Origin: Octopus sinensis
Taxonomy: Eukaryota
DNA length: 64,000 bases
Assembly: GCF_006345805.1 (NCBI RefSeq)
Contig: NW_021825323.1
Coordinates: 558,001 to 622,000, forward strand
Reading direction: 5' to 3'
Made by a program: the position numbers and the translations under genes. Positions 1-11,684 of the stretch are shown here, one piece after another. The notes beneath the pieces were generated by a model. It was given only the letters and a program-made list of their open reading frames with translations. It searched no databases and was not told the origin of the DNA. The stretch's first letter is position 1; each line of letters starts with the position of its first letter.

Positions 1-500
1 GTTTCACCAGGTCCGATATTTCAATTCATTTACATTTTCATTGTATTTTCGAGACAAGAATTCTGCAATTTATTTATTTTGCAATAGTGTTTTTTCCATA
101 TGTGTTTTCTTTGAATTGATAACCCGCAGAATTCCTGCTCTTCTTAGGCAGTAGTTTTCCATATGTTTCAAATTAGCATAAAATTGACGAAGCATTCTCT
201 GACTGACTCCAGGCCTCTCCCATTTTCCTTTCTGGGAAGATATATTCTTTTTTGTTTGTGGATTTCAAGTGGATATGACTGTTCATAAGAATTCGACGAA
301 TGTTCTTATCGATCTGCTCGAACTCTCCGGGCTCAATATCAATCAGTCCAATATAATATGTCGCGAACTACGCTGGCAACCATACCACGCTGGTGAACAA
401 GGTGACCTACATAGTTTGACACTAATTAGTGACTCAAGATAATTGCTTAATATTCAAAAACCTTAACATTTTTTGACTCCATTCATAGTAACTATCTTGG
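1..500 (-). mobile_element. Degenerate R4/Dong-like RLE non-LTR retrotransposon fragment (post-RT region)
   Basis: The minus strand reads YYIGLIDIEPGEFEQIDKNIRRIL.. then a frameshifted ..ENGRGLESVRECF, the same segment as the better copy near 44975-45130. Boundaries are approximate. Confidence 0.6.
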
Positions 501-947
501 TTTCATTTCGTAATTCGATCTAAATGTTAGGAAAGACAACTAACTATTAATCTGTTATTAGACATTATATTTTTGACTTTTCCCTTTTCTTCATATGGGG
601 ATTCAAATCTGTGTAGCTTCAATGACGGATTCGTCCCACAATCTTTTAAGATTCGAACCTAAACTGTTATTATTTAATTATACCTCATTCCCTATTTAAA
701 AATCATATTTTGACCTGTGTACTCCCATCTTGTTATTTATTCTTTTAAAATAAGATGAATTCATGTCTGGAGGAGTAAAATTAAAAATTTTATTATTCGT
801 TTCTAAAAATAAATACATCATAAATTTACTATTAAGTTCATCTTTGACAAACGATGCCTCATTATTTCATCTAAATCTTAATAATAAAATGGTATGGTGT
901 GTGTCTGTCTGTCTGTCTGTGTGTGCACACCAACTTCAAATTGGCAA

Positions 948-1370
948 TACGATGTCCTCGACTTACATGATGAGGTCCATAAAACCTTCCCCCCAAAAAA
1001 AAATTTTAAAAAAATTTTCTGCATTTTGGTTAAAATGAACAACTACGATGTCCTCGACTTACATGATGAGGTCCTTAAAACCTTCCCCGAAAAAAAAATT
1101 AAAAAAAAAATTTTCTGCATTTTAGTTAAAATGAACAACTACGATGTCCTCGACTTACATGATGAGGTCCTTAAAACCTTTGCCCCAAAAAAAATTAAAA
1201 AAAAATTTTCTGCATTTTGGTTAAAATGAACAACTACGATGTCCTCGACTTACATGATGAGGTCCTTAAAACCTTCCCCAAAAAAAAATTAAAAAAAAAT
1301 TTTCTACATTTTGGTTAAAATGAACAACGTTAATGTCCTCAACATTCATGATGAGGTCCATTAAAACCTT
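948..1370. repeat. Tandem array of a 94-96 bp unit, about 4.4 copies, inside the Helitron
   Basis: The unit tacgatgtcctcgacttacatgatgaggtcc..tgaacaac starts at 948, 1044, 1140 and 1235, with a degenerate partial copy at ~1329. Confidence 0.95.
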
Positions 1371-1726
1371 CGAGGCAAAAATCTCACGTATTATGAATAT
1401 CCTTGATGAAAACGACAGCGAGAATATTAACAATGATGAACTCCCAATTATTCGCGATAAAGAAATTCAATTCATCCTATGTTTTTCTCTTTAAAATTAA
1501 ATGCATATATCATTATCGACCATGAATCAAAATTAAAGCTATTATCATATTTGACTTTGACAGAATGTGCAATTACAGATTGCACGACCTTGAATAGAGT
1601 GTGCAATTAACAGATTTTGAAAAACACTTTGATAGTTGAAACACATTAGCACAATCATTAACACAATTTACCACCAATTGACAGCGCAATCAGAAGAATT
1701 TGCGTAAAAATATTAACTATTTAGTT

Positions 1727-1950
1727 AAGTTTTTCGTAAAGATAGAATTTATTTTCGGTATGCCTCTTTTCCTAAACTTTTTATTATTCAAAAATAATTT
1801 TTTCAATAGATAACCGAAGGAGGGAAGACGACCTTAAGAAAAGAAGTTTTTCGTAAAGATAGAATTTATTTTCTGTATGCCTCTTTTTTCCTAATATTTT
1901 TTATTATTCAAAAATAATTTTTTAAATAGATAACCGAAGGAGGAAAAACG
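1727..1950. repeat. Tandem duplication of a 117 bp unit (2 copies)
   Basis: aagtttttcgtaaagatagaatttattttc..gataaccgaaggagg starts at 1727 and 1844. Confidence 0.9.
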
Positions 1951-2309
1951 AAGCTGAAGAAAAAACGGTCAGCTTAAGGTAAATAAATAATTAAATCTTT
2001 TTTGTGTGTCGCTTTTTTGGCTGCTGCTACTCTACCTGCCCCATCTCCGCCTGCCCCATTTCCGCCAGTGGTTTGTCTAATCAAGGTCACTAAGCTAAAT
2101 CTCCGGACTATAAAGGCTTTTAAGCATTATCTTAATTGGCTGTTAAAAAAATTAGACAGGTTGTTGCCGTGGCGGCAGAGATTTTTTTTGTTTATACTAT
2201 TTTACAAATTTTTAAAGTTTTTTTTATTTTTTTGTTTTTAAATTATTTATTTTTATTTGTTTTTTTTATTTTTTTTGTTTTTTTTTTGTTATTTTCTAAA
2301 AATTCAACC

Positions 2310-2776
2310 GGATTGAATTTTTAAACTCCTTAGATCCCTCTGGAATGCCGAATTATCTTTTAAAGTTAAAGATAGGCGTTCCAGTGGTTTTATTACGAAA
2401 TCTTGCGCCACCTAAATTATGCAGCGGAACGAGGTTAGTTATTAAAAATTTGATGGCTAACGTAATAGAGGCGACGATATTAACAGGTAAGTATAGAGGT
2501 GAGGATGTTTATATTCCACGAATTCCAATAATTTCTGATGAATTACCATTTAGATTTAAAAGGCTGCAATTTCCTTTAAGGATGAGTTTTGCAATGACAA
2601 TAAACAAGGCCCAGGGACAGTCATTAAAGGTAGTTGGGTTATTTTTAGAGAGTGAGTGCTTTTCACATGGACAGCTGTATGTGGGATGCTCGAGGGTAGG
2701 CAGAAGAGAAAATTTATTCATATATGCCAAGGAAGGACGGACGACAAACATCGTTTATCAACAGGCGATAGAATAG
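2310..2776 (+). pseudogene. C-terminal fragment of the Helitron Rep/Hel PIF1 helicase
   Basis: IEFLNSLDPSGMP..LKLKIGVPVVLLRNL..RLQFPLRMSFAMTINKAQGQSL..FSHGQLYVGCSRV are PIF1 SF1 motifs. The N-terminal Rep domain is absent. Confidence 0.9.
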
Positions 2777-2959
2777 GGTTACATTAAACCAGGTAGTTTT
2801 ATACATCTACATAAACTTATAGTTGTTTGATGAAACAGGCCCTCCGCAGGAGCTAGGTCGCGGTGAGCGAAGCGAGCTGCCGAGCTAGTTATAAATAAGA
2901 TTATAACCTGGTATTTCATGAATTACAGTGTTAATTCCAGAAATACCCCTAAACTTTTT

Positions 2960-3640
2960 GAAGGGGGTCTCATTGATCGCCGAGTGGTGTGTCGTATTAT
3001 AAGAAAAAGTTACTTTGTCTAAAAATTATTTCCAATTTTTAGTTCCTTCTTTATCCATCAGTTTAGCTATATCCCGTGTCAATGTTTGGTTAAAGCGCTC
3101 AATTACACCCTAATTTATTTCAAATTTATAAACTTGTGACTGGGATGGTTTGGTCTTCCACAAATATGTTTGATTTTATTTTCTCCGCATAGTTGATCCA
3201 TCAGTTAATTTTTGAATTCCAATCCGTTGTCCGTTTGTAAAATTTGACAATATCCTATTTGACGAAAAAATTTTTTTAATTTATTTCCAACTTCTAAAAG
3301 TAAATGTTAAGTTTTACCAAAAGCAGATTTATTTTTTAAGGATTTGTAAACTACGAATTTGGTGTAGATGTCAATAATTGTTAATATCCAATTATATCCA
3401 TCGTTAAAATCTTTATATCTTCTAACATCAATAAGATCCGCCTGGAATCTTTCATTTGGACTTATTTCCGTTACATGGTAATTAGAATCGGATACCTAAG
3501 TATATTTAATCAAAAATACTTTTAACGGGCCAGCAAATTTACAAATTTTGCATTCTTTTATAATTTGTTCGATAATAGGGCGCTTCACAGTAAAATAAAA
3601 TTCACAGCACTTCTTATGAAGCTTTAGTATTCCTCAGTGA
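2960..3640 (-). mobile_element. Degenerate Ginger2/KRBA2-like integrase (rve) with three 24-nt introns
   Basis: The spliced minus strand gives ..KECKICK..RFQADLIDVRRYKDFNDGYNWILTIIDIYTKF..ILQTDNGLEF..QGVIERFNQTL. GT..AG introns are at 3496-3519, 3294-3317 and 3110-3133. Stop codons are present and no TIRs were found. Confidence 0.8.
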
Positions 3641-3669
3641 CATTCTTGGTGAAAAGCGCAGGAAACTAA

Positions 3670-3897
3670 CACCTTTTTCGCTACTCTCGTTTAATGTCAG
3701 AGGACGCTAAATCTTGGAAATGAACAGCATTGTGCGAAGATCTGAAAAGATACAAAGTCTCTGTTGGATGTCTACAGGAGACAAAACTGCATGGGGGATT
3801 AGAAGAGGAACTGTCGGACTATCACTTCATCTTATTCCGAAGTGAATGCAGACACTTTGGCCAAGGATTTGTAATAAAGAAGGAATTGAAGACATTC
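3670..3897 (+). mobile_element. RTE-type LINE APE endonuclease fragment
   Basis: FNVRG..LCEDLKRYKVSVGCLQETKL..RHFGQGFVIKK. Confidence 0.65.
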
Positions 3898-4108
3898 GGA
3901 ACGGATTTTTCAACATTTCTTTCCAATCCAGCTAGGTCAAAAAACGATTCAACATCTTCTATCATCATTTCCATTACGTCATTGTGACGCGAAAACAGCT
4001 TTATATCGTCCATAAATATGAGGTGGTCAGTAGCGTATGCGGGTTCCCCCCTGCCTGAGTTTCCCATCATTACTTTCGGGAATTTTAATTTAAGCTTTCG
4101 GTTTAGAG

Positions 4109-6441
4109 CAGGTATTCTCAACCGGGGGCGAAAATGCGAACAATTAAAATTAAATTAGGTCAAAGGGAGCGATAATATATTTAATAAAATATGTCACCGG
4201 TTTTATAGCACACCGGGTTGGATAACCCACCATCGAAAAAACTACCAAAAAAATATAAATATAATCTAAAAATCATCAGAAAATATAATTAACTTTGATT
4301 TTCTTCTTTTTTATTAGTTTTTATATTTCTGCCTGTTGCATAAATCACACATCATTCATTTGTGCTTTACATTTTTAAAATAAATAAAATTTTATTTATT
4401 TAATGGGAATCAATAAAAAATAAGAATTAATTCATTTAAAAAAATCAAAATTTTAATCAAATTTTTTTTAATCTACTAAAATGAACGTTGGATACTGATT
4501 CTCCATTATCTTTATTAATAGTACACGTAGTTTCAAATTTTTCTGAAACTGTGCATTTAGTCCGTCGAACATTAACAATGCATTTATTTGATCTTCTGTT
4601 CTCTCCGAATCTCTTTTATCCCCTATAAAAATTTAGAAGGGCGCCCATTTGGTAGTTTCATGTTGTGTAGAATTATATTTGTATACAATTTCTTGATAAA
4701 AATCCTTGAATTTCCCTAGCATTCCGTTGTATGCACTTGTAGAGCTAATCCATCTTTTAATTGATTGATTAAACCTACAAATAAATTGACTATAAGAAAC
4801 CTCTCCACTTGCCCCTGAACCCACATATATGAGTGATGTTTAATTCGGAGCACATTGTTTCCATGCATTTATTCTTGAACTCTTTCCCGTTGTCTGTTTG
4901 CAAAATAAACGGGGGTCGGATTGAGAAGAATATCTTTTTTAACTTTCTTGTTATTTCTTCAGCTGATTTCGTTTTTGCGAGTTTTACCACTGCAAATTTG
5001 GAAAAAGAGTCGATTACAACAACCAACTATGACTTATTCAAAAAAAAGACCCATCCATAATTACTGTTAAGGTTTGAATATCTCCTCAGATCCACTAAAT
5101 CTGCAATATACCGATCTCTAGGTCCTCTTGCAATTATGGGGGTGATAATTGGTTTTGTTGCCATGAAATTTTTCGACTAACACTGATTAACAACATTACT
5201 TGGCAATAGACACATTTTCCTATCACACTACAAATTTCTTCCCTTGTTACTGAATATATTTGGTCTCTTAGTAACGATAGCATTCTGTCTACCAAAATGA
5301 GTATTCATATGCTCGATCTTCAATTGTTTTGAAATAGATACCTCAATAATTTTTAACTTTAGCTCACTTTCTTCTAGAGTAAAAAAACGCAGTTTTTTAT
5401 TTCCGACTTTTATATACGTTTTTTCAGGAACTTTGAAGCAAAAACGATTTTTAAACGTCCTGAGCCTTCTCCTTTCCTCTTTATCGTATATAGTAGTGGT
5501 GTTATCAAAATTTTTTATTTCATTAAGTTGGTTTGTCGTTAATTTCAAAAGAACCATATTCTAATTGAACTTTATTGAACAACCCTACTTATTTTCACAG
5601 TTTTTAAACTTTATTAAAAGTTATAGTTTTCACGATAAAATATTTTAAAAAAAAAGAACAATAAATTATTAAAATAATTAAGAAAATCATTTTTTCCAAT
5701 GAAATTAAATATATGAAAAATATTATTATTATAAAATATGGCAGTAGGTGGGTTATCCAACCCAGTGGGCTATAAAACCGGTGACAAAATATTTGAATTT
5801 AAATATACTACAAGTATTTATACATGTTTATTTTAAGGTTTCAGATTTATTAATATTTCTTCTATAGTGTTTATCCTTAAATTTTATATTCAAAATAGCA
5901 CGCTGTTTTTACATCCAAGATGTCTTCTCGCTCAAATAAGAAAAGTCGTCATTATCAAAACGAATATTTAAAATATGCGTTTATTCAAAGTACTGAAGAT
6001 ACAAAACAGCCTTATTGTCTTATTTGTCAATGTTCTTTCTCAAATGATGCGATGAAGCCATCACGATTACAGGATCAAGCACCCGGATAAAATGTCAAAG
6101 CCGATTGAATATTATCAAACTTTAAAATACAATTTTGAAAATAAGAAAACGATCAAATCGTTATTCACAAAGCCAGTACATGATGGTTATTTAACATTTA
6201 TTTATATGTAGTTGTGGGTGCGCAGATCGCTTCTTATAAAATTGCTGAAATATCAAGGGTCTCACTAATAATTTTTAATAAAAATTCAATTTTTATATTT
6301 GATTTATTGTTTTATATTTGATTTTTGAGTTATATACAAAAAACAACTAATTAAGGGACAATTCACAAAAATTTGTATGTGGACAAGGGGGCGATAAAAT
6401 ATCTAAGGTTGAGATGAACAAAAAAAGGTTGAGAATGCCTG
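4109..6441 (+). mobile_element. Buster/Charlie-type hAT deletion derivative (ZBED5/SCAND3-like N-terminus)
   Basis: 15-bp TIRs caggtattctcaacc / ggttgagaatgcctg (1 mismatch) and a perfect 8-bp TSD GTTTAGAG (nnnTAnnn) at 4101-4108 and 6442-6449. The coding remnant at ~5920-6170 reads RHYQNEYLKYAF..PYCLICQCSFSNDAMKPSRL. Confidence 0.92.
4192..5786 (-). mobile_element. Ginger2-type DNA transposon (1595 bp) with an intron-containing integrase
   Basis: 40-bp TIRs tgtcaccggttttatagc..ggataacccacc (2 mismatches), TGT..ACA ends and a 5-bp TSD AAATA. The integrase has an HHCC region plus rve motifs (YIADLVDL, ILQTDNGKEF, QGQVERFNQ). Introns are at 5318-5341, 5177-5199, 5027-5050 and 4775-4800. One frameshift and a small deletion are present. 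Confidence 0.9.
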
Positions 6442-7329
6442 GTTTAGAGGATCCATTAACAGCACAAAGATCAGAGGTGAGAGAGAATCTCCTGCAGTAT
6501 ACCTCTATTGATTTTAGCTTCTCCCAGTGTTCTGTTTACCAAATTTATACTGATTTTCCACTTAGTATTGAGTTTCTTGATAAACATTACCATCCAACTC
6601 TGGAGGCCAGATTTTTGCAGGGTCTGAATTAAGAATTCGTGGTCGACTGATTCAAATCTTTTCCTCACATCAATCCACATACAAGATAGCTTATTCGCAT
6701 TTTGCTGGTTGATACACTGATTTACGATTGCCTGTTTCTTCACTCCCCGACACATTCTTCGTGTTCCAAGTTGATTGTCGCTAACAAGGCCATATATGCT
6801 TTGATATATTTCGATAATTTGTTGTTCACACACTTTGTCATCAGTTTATGCAAGTTGGGCATACACGTTATTTGTCTCAGATCATTGGGTGAATCACAAA
6901 CATCCATTTTTAGTATGAGGTACGTAATTCCGGTGTAAAACCAATCTTCTGGCATATATTCATCTTTTGCTAAAATCAATGGCCTGATTTTATTTCAACG
7001 TCAGTAATTCTAAGGTTGACGCCTAACTTTTACCGAATGTTCACCCTTCCAAAATACTTCTTAACCAGAATAACCTAAAGAAGCATTCTCTCCGCTTTAT
7101 TACTGACTGACTCCAGGCTTTTCCGCTCTGATCATCATCACGCATTAAACCACTACGCTCAAACAATGGACGAGTCGATTTCTCCTTTCTGTAACCTTGC
7201 TGTGTTGACGACTATTCAATCGATCACAGTTTCCGCTGTTCCGATCTTCTCCCCATCCGCAGAAAACTTATTTTTTACTTCCCCGAGGTCCATATCTTAA
7301 AAACAGTTAACTGCGTATAGGCGTAGAGA

Positions 7330-9250
7330 CTTATCTGCACGCAACTTTCTTAAACAACCCTTGTGGCATTTGTGACCAGTTTATCCCATGTCATCACATG
7401 TGCATTACGCCTAGCTCCGACATCTGACCGTCTGACTTCTGTAAAACGGTATGTCCACACGTTTCAGCTTCAAAGTGACTGTCTTCCTTCCCAATCTTTT
7501 ATCAGAATGAAACGAAACGTGGCAGAGTTCAAAGAATTTACAACGAGCCGGTTATCAGTTAGCCAGACGTTGAGCCGATCTAAGTTGTCTTGGAGCCTTT
7601 CAGAGGCTTTCTAAATGTCCCGATCTCTTGAGACCAATACAATGTCATCCGCATTACTGTCGGTATGAGAGATCTTCCAGGAAGAGGTTGAAAAGGCCCA
7701 GAGATAAGGGGGATCCCTGGGGTACTCCGTTGGGCACGAGTCGAGATGTAAACTTCAGGTTTTCCAGGGACACCCCTCCCCTTCGTTCACTTACAAGGTT
7801 GGTGATCTAAAACTTGAGCCTTCGTGGAAATTCTGTTTGAAATATCTTCCTTAATAGGGTTTTCCTTGAGACCGAATCAAAGGCTTTGTGTATGTAGACG
7901 GAACAGAGCACCGTCTTTAAGTATCTCTGTTTTCTTGCAAAACCAGTACAAATGAAATCCGTAGATGTCTGTAAGTATGTAGACGTTAACTTCTCATTTT
8001 TAAATCCATGTTGAAAAGGCCTTACCGGTAAGAATTCTTTTATTCTTCCAAGAACCAACCTCTCTGAGATTTTTGACATTGACCATAACAAGGAAAGGCC
8101 GGTCTGAAAGAAGCAAGATCGTCTTTAGGTTTCAGCATCGACCCCATTAGTGCTTGTTTCCATAATGAGAGTATCACATTTTTGTTGATCGAGAGTTGAA
8201 GATATCTGTTAGGAACAGGGTTGTTAAAAATCATGATTTTTTTCAAAAAAATCAAAAAAATCTGATTTTTTTGATTTAATCACGATTTTTTTGATTTAAA
8301 TCAGATTTTTTTGAATTAAATGATCTTTATTTCAAAACGACCCTTTCCACCTGGCTTATCAGAGAACCTCTCTCTTTGTACATAAACACTGAAAAACGGC
8401 CACGCAGAACGATCTATCGTAGTTCCTTATGTCCACCGGGATCACTTAACTAGTTTGCATTACGCTTTCTTTCTTGTTTGTAGAAAATATGTATCTAGCG
8501 AGTTGCAGATCCATCAAATCTTTCTTAGATGAAGTCGTCGTAGTTACGAAATTGATAATGAATGGTCCTTCATCCTTGGAGGAAATTCGCTTTCAGGTCT
8601 CGGCATATTTTCAGGGATATCAATATTACTTCGACATAATAAATGATGCTGCCTCATCCGAGATACAAGACCTTGTATGTCCTTCCCACAATTACGACAT
8701 CTGGCACGGCTTCCGGTCTTTCCAGGAATAATACGTTTATCAAAATAAGCCCACAAAGAATCACGCTTTCTTCCAGACATTTAAAAAAAATTTAAATGAT
8801 TTTTTTGATTTTTTTGATTTTTTTTAATGATTTAAATCATTGATTTTATTGTTGATTAAAATCAAATGATTTAAATCTAACAACCCTGGTTAGGAATATA
8901 GCTCCTTCGTCATCAAGATTACTGGAATTTTATTTAGACCATCGAGTATGTCGTTTTTGTGGAAGACAAAGTATTCCAGACTTCTTTTACCAAGAAAAAG
9001 AAAGGTGCCGACCGTTTCTTAAGTCTTCTGTTTGATGGTAATCTATCCGATTTTCTGTGCGCCATTTTCGCATAAAAATTGATTAAGTTATTCACGTCCT
9101 TTTGATCGTAATCCACGTGCCGAATGGCTTTTCACACTTCTCCCGTTGATCTATCCTGTTTCACGCTGTAAAAACTCGATTCCATTTCAAAAATTTATAT
9201 CTGTGTTCTCTCGCCTTTAATTCGGTATTCAATGTTCTGACACGGATCAT
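7330..9250 (-). mobile_element. Degenerate APE-type LINE (I/Jockey/Ingi group) RT region, interrupted by a mini-hAT
   Basis: LKPKDDLASFRP, PFQHGF, HKAFDSVSRK and GVPQGSPLS motifs with frameshifts. It is related to the 9732-13331 element. Confidence 0.75.
8216..8888 (-). mobile_element. Mini-hAT (673 bp) retaining only a BED zinc-finger ORF
   Basis: TIR cagggttgtta / taacaaccctg and an 8-bp TSD GTTAGGAA (8208-8215, 8889-8896). ORF 8544-8780 reads LWAYF..RARCRNCGKDIQGLVSRMRQHHLLC, a BED finger. Confidence 0.9.
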
Positions 9251-11078
9251 TATATCAGAAGTCATTTGGTTAAATTTATTAAGGCGATTTCTTTCCCTGG
9301 CCAAGACAGACCTCCTACAACCACTAGCAACATGAGGTTAGTGTTTGGGTATAGCCATTGCTTTTGCTTCCCTGGAACCGTAGCCACTTCGCCACATAGT
9401 AATTGTATGCTACAGGAAATTTCCTGATAATGACTTTCCTTTTGATCCTCACCACGATCGGATTGTAGTTGCATCTCGTTTCACAGTGGACTGACTCTAC
9501 CATTTTCAAGTCAATTTGTCAATTATGAACCTTAAATTTACAATTACAAACTTCAAATGTCATCTGCATAATTCAATTTGCAAGTAAAAACTTCAAATGG
9601 CATCTGCAAAACTCAAATTTACAAATTAGAAGTGATCTGAGGATCAGCTTCAATCCAACTGATTAATTCATTTATATTTATTTGATTTTTTTTGAATGTC
9701 TTTTACCTTCTCTTTGATGTCTTTCTTTATCTTTATTTTATTTATTTATTTATTAACTCCAAGAGCACCGAGAAAGATAGGTAAGAACTAGCTAATTAGG
9801 TGATCCCTGCCTCCAACAACAGCCGTACTCTCCTTACATGATCTTCTGGTGACTCGACCGTAATCCGGAAACGCCTTCTCTTCCTTCTGCAGAGGAACTC
9901 AATTGAAGTGCATTTCTTTATAACCGACCGAAATTCCTCTGCATGGGCCACCTTTTCCTAGAGTGGGTTTCCCAGTTCCTTGCAGAAACGTAGGAAACCC
10001 TGTCCATTCTTCTGCGTCGCCTCCTCGGAAGCAAGGCTGCCAACTGAGGTGTCAGTGTGGAGCATAATCTTCCTTCTGAGTGAGTTCAAACGTTCCGCTT
10101 TCGAACAAGCAATTGCAAACCTCCAGGCTGAGCAGGCATACTCAACCGTCGGGGCAATCACTTGTTGGTATATTTTGCTGACACAATCTTTCAGGGGGAA
10201 GGGACTCTTCTTTAACAGAGCTTTCAAGACGTTCCACTTCCGAAGACCTTTAGCTAGGGCTTCCTCTACGTGACTTGAGAACGTCATTAAGGAGTCGAAA
10301 ACCACGCCAAGGATCTTCTGGGTACGCGAAGAGGGAATAGGTTTGTCTCCAATGAATAGTTCCAGTTCATTCTTGAATTTTCTATCATTAGTAAAGAGGG
10401 TGAATTGGGATTTGGATGCAGACACACAACATGTTTGCAGATAGCCAATCACTTACACAGTTGAGGTGTGACTGGACCATTGCGACAGCCACAGAAGGAG
10501 ATTTATCTCTTGCAGCGATAATCAGGTCGTCCGCATAGGATAGGAACATAATGTCCGGGTCATTAGTAGTGGGTAGGTCATGTAGAAATAGGTTAAAAAG
10601 GAGAGGAGATAAAGGGGAGCCTTGTGGGACACTATTGGGTAGTAGTCTTGATCTTGAAGTAGTATTGTCGATACGGACCCTTCCGCGTCGGCCAGTTAAG
10701 AAATTTTCCAACCACAGTTTGATGTTCAGATGTAAGTTCGAATCAAATATCTTCCGCGCTAGGAGTTTCCTCGGGACAGAATCAAAAGCCTTTTGTATAT
10801 CAATGGATACTAAGGCCGTCCGTAGGTGTGTTCCCATGTTGAAACCGTCAGTAATAAACTGGGAGACAGAACACAAGTGGGTCGTTGTGGAACGGTCTGG
10901 TCTGAAACCGTGCTGGAATTCTGGCAGTTGTAGAACAGGAGAGATTCGCGTTAATAAAAGCTTTTCCAGTACTTTCGATAAGATACAAGTTATTGAAATT
11001 GGGCGGTATGAAGAGGGGGCATCCTTTGGTTTCCCAGGCTTTAGAATTGGCGTAATTAGGGAGTTTTTCCATATATTA

Positions 11079-11684
11079 TGTCGCGAGCGCTGCGAGCGAC
11101 CGAGCGCAGTGAGCGATCACTCATTTTCTAGATCCGATCAATCAACAAATCTATAAATTGACAAATACCCAGGCTGGTATTTGGGTTTAAATATATTCGA
11201 TAACAAAAATTAAAATCGATGCCAAAGCAGAATGAGCTTTAAAACCGATTTCATAAATAAAAATAATATTTTAAAATTTATAATTGATATTTTAGAATAA
11301 TGAGAAAAAATCTAAATGCTTCATAATTTATTAAAATGTCAAAACAAGAATCTTCTGAAGGAGCAAGCCTGTCTGCACAGTTCATTTTTGATTAGAAGAC
11401 CTAATTTTAGAGATTAATACGAAAAAATAGCAATGAGATCTGTCAAATTATTACCCTCCTCACAACCTAAACCAAATTAGCGTTCAGTATTCATTGATTT
11501 TACTTTTTCTATTAAGGTCTACTTATAAATTATTTATGGGATTCAATGGAAACTTAAGTTATTTCAATTTTAATTTTAAATCATGTTAAAATTTTAAATA
11601 ATTTAATAAATATATTTGTTGATGACAGGCTTGTTAGCTGTCAAAGTCGCCTCTAGCGCTCGATCGCTCGCAGCGCTCGCGACA
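11079..11684. mobile_element. Non-autonomous Ginger-like MITE (606 bp)
   Basis: 29-bp GC-rich TIRs tgtcgcgagcgctgcgagcga(c/t)cgagcgc, TGT..ACA ends, a 5-bp TSD TATTA (11074-11078, 11685-11689) and an AT-rich non-coding interior. Confidence 0.92.

Larger units (their letters stand above)
876..2888 (+). mobile_element. Non-autonomous Helitron (~2.0 kb) with a GTCT microsatellite, internal tandem repeats and a PIF1 helicase remnant
   Basis: Termini are A|TC at 876 (alternatively 870) and CTAG|T at 2885-2889. A GCGAAGC-centred imperfect hairpin lies at about 2860-2880. A (GTCT)n tract sits near the 5' end, and the helicase C-terminus lies just upstream of the 3' end. Confidence 0.8.
3898..7250 (-). 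mobile_element. R4/Dong-like RLE retrotransposon RT region, split by a Buster hAT
   Basis: Removing 4109-6449 (the element plus one TSD) restores GDSLSPLIFVLLMDPLNRKLKLKFPKVMMGNSGRGEPAYATDHLIFMDDIKLF. An uninterrupted sister copy lies at 47420-48240. Confidence 0.85.

Noticed and set aside
948-1370. CRISPR-like appearance of the ~95-bp array, and ORF 894-1229 with repeated NNYDVLDLHDEV
   Set aside because: The units are contiguous with no unique spacers, there are no cas genes and the context is eukaryotic. Unit lengths of 94-96 nt break the frame, so the ORF is a by-product.
2002-2324. Hydrophobic Phe-rich ORFs resembling membrane peptides
   Set aside because: They translate poly-T low-complexity tracts inside the Helitron.
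10551-11156. 201-aa plus-strand ORF, and similar ones at 33461-33931, 42402-43079, 44435-44758 and 48412-48900
   Set aside because: These are antisense shadows of GC-rich RT/RLE coding sequence and have no motifs of their own.
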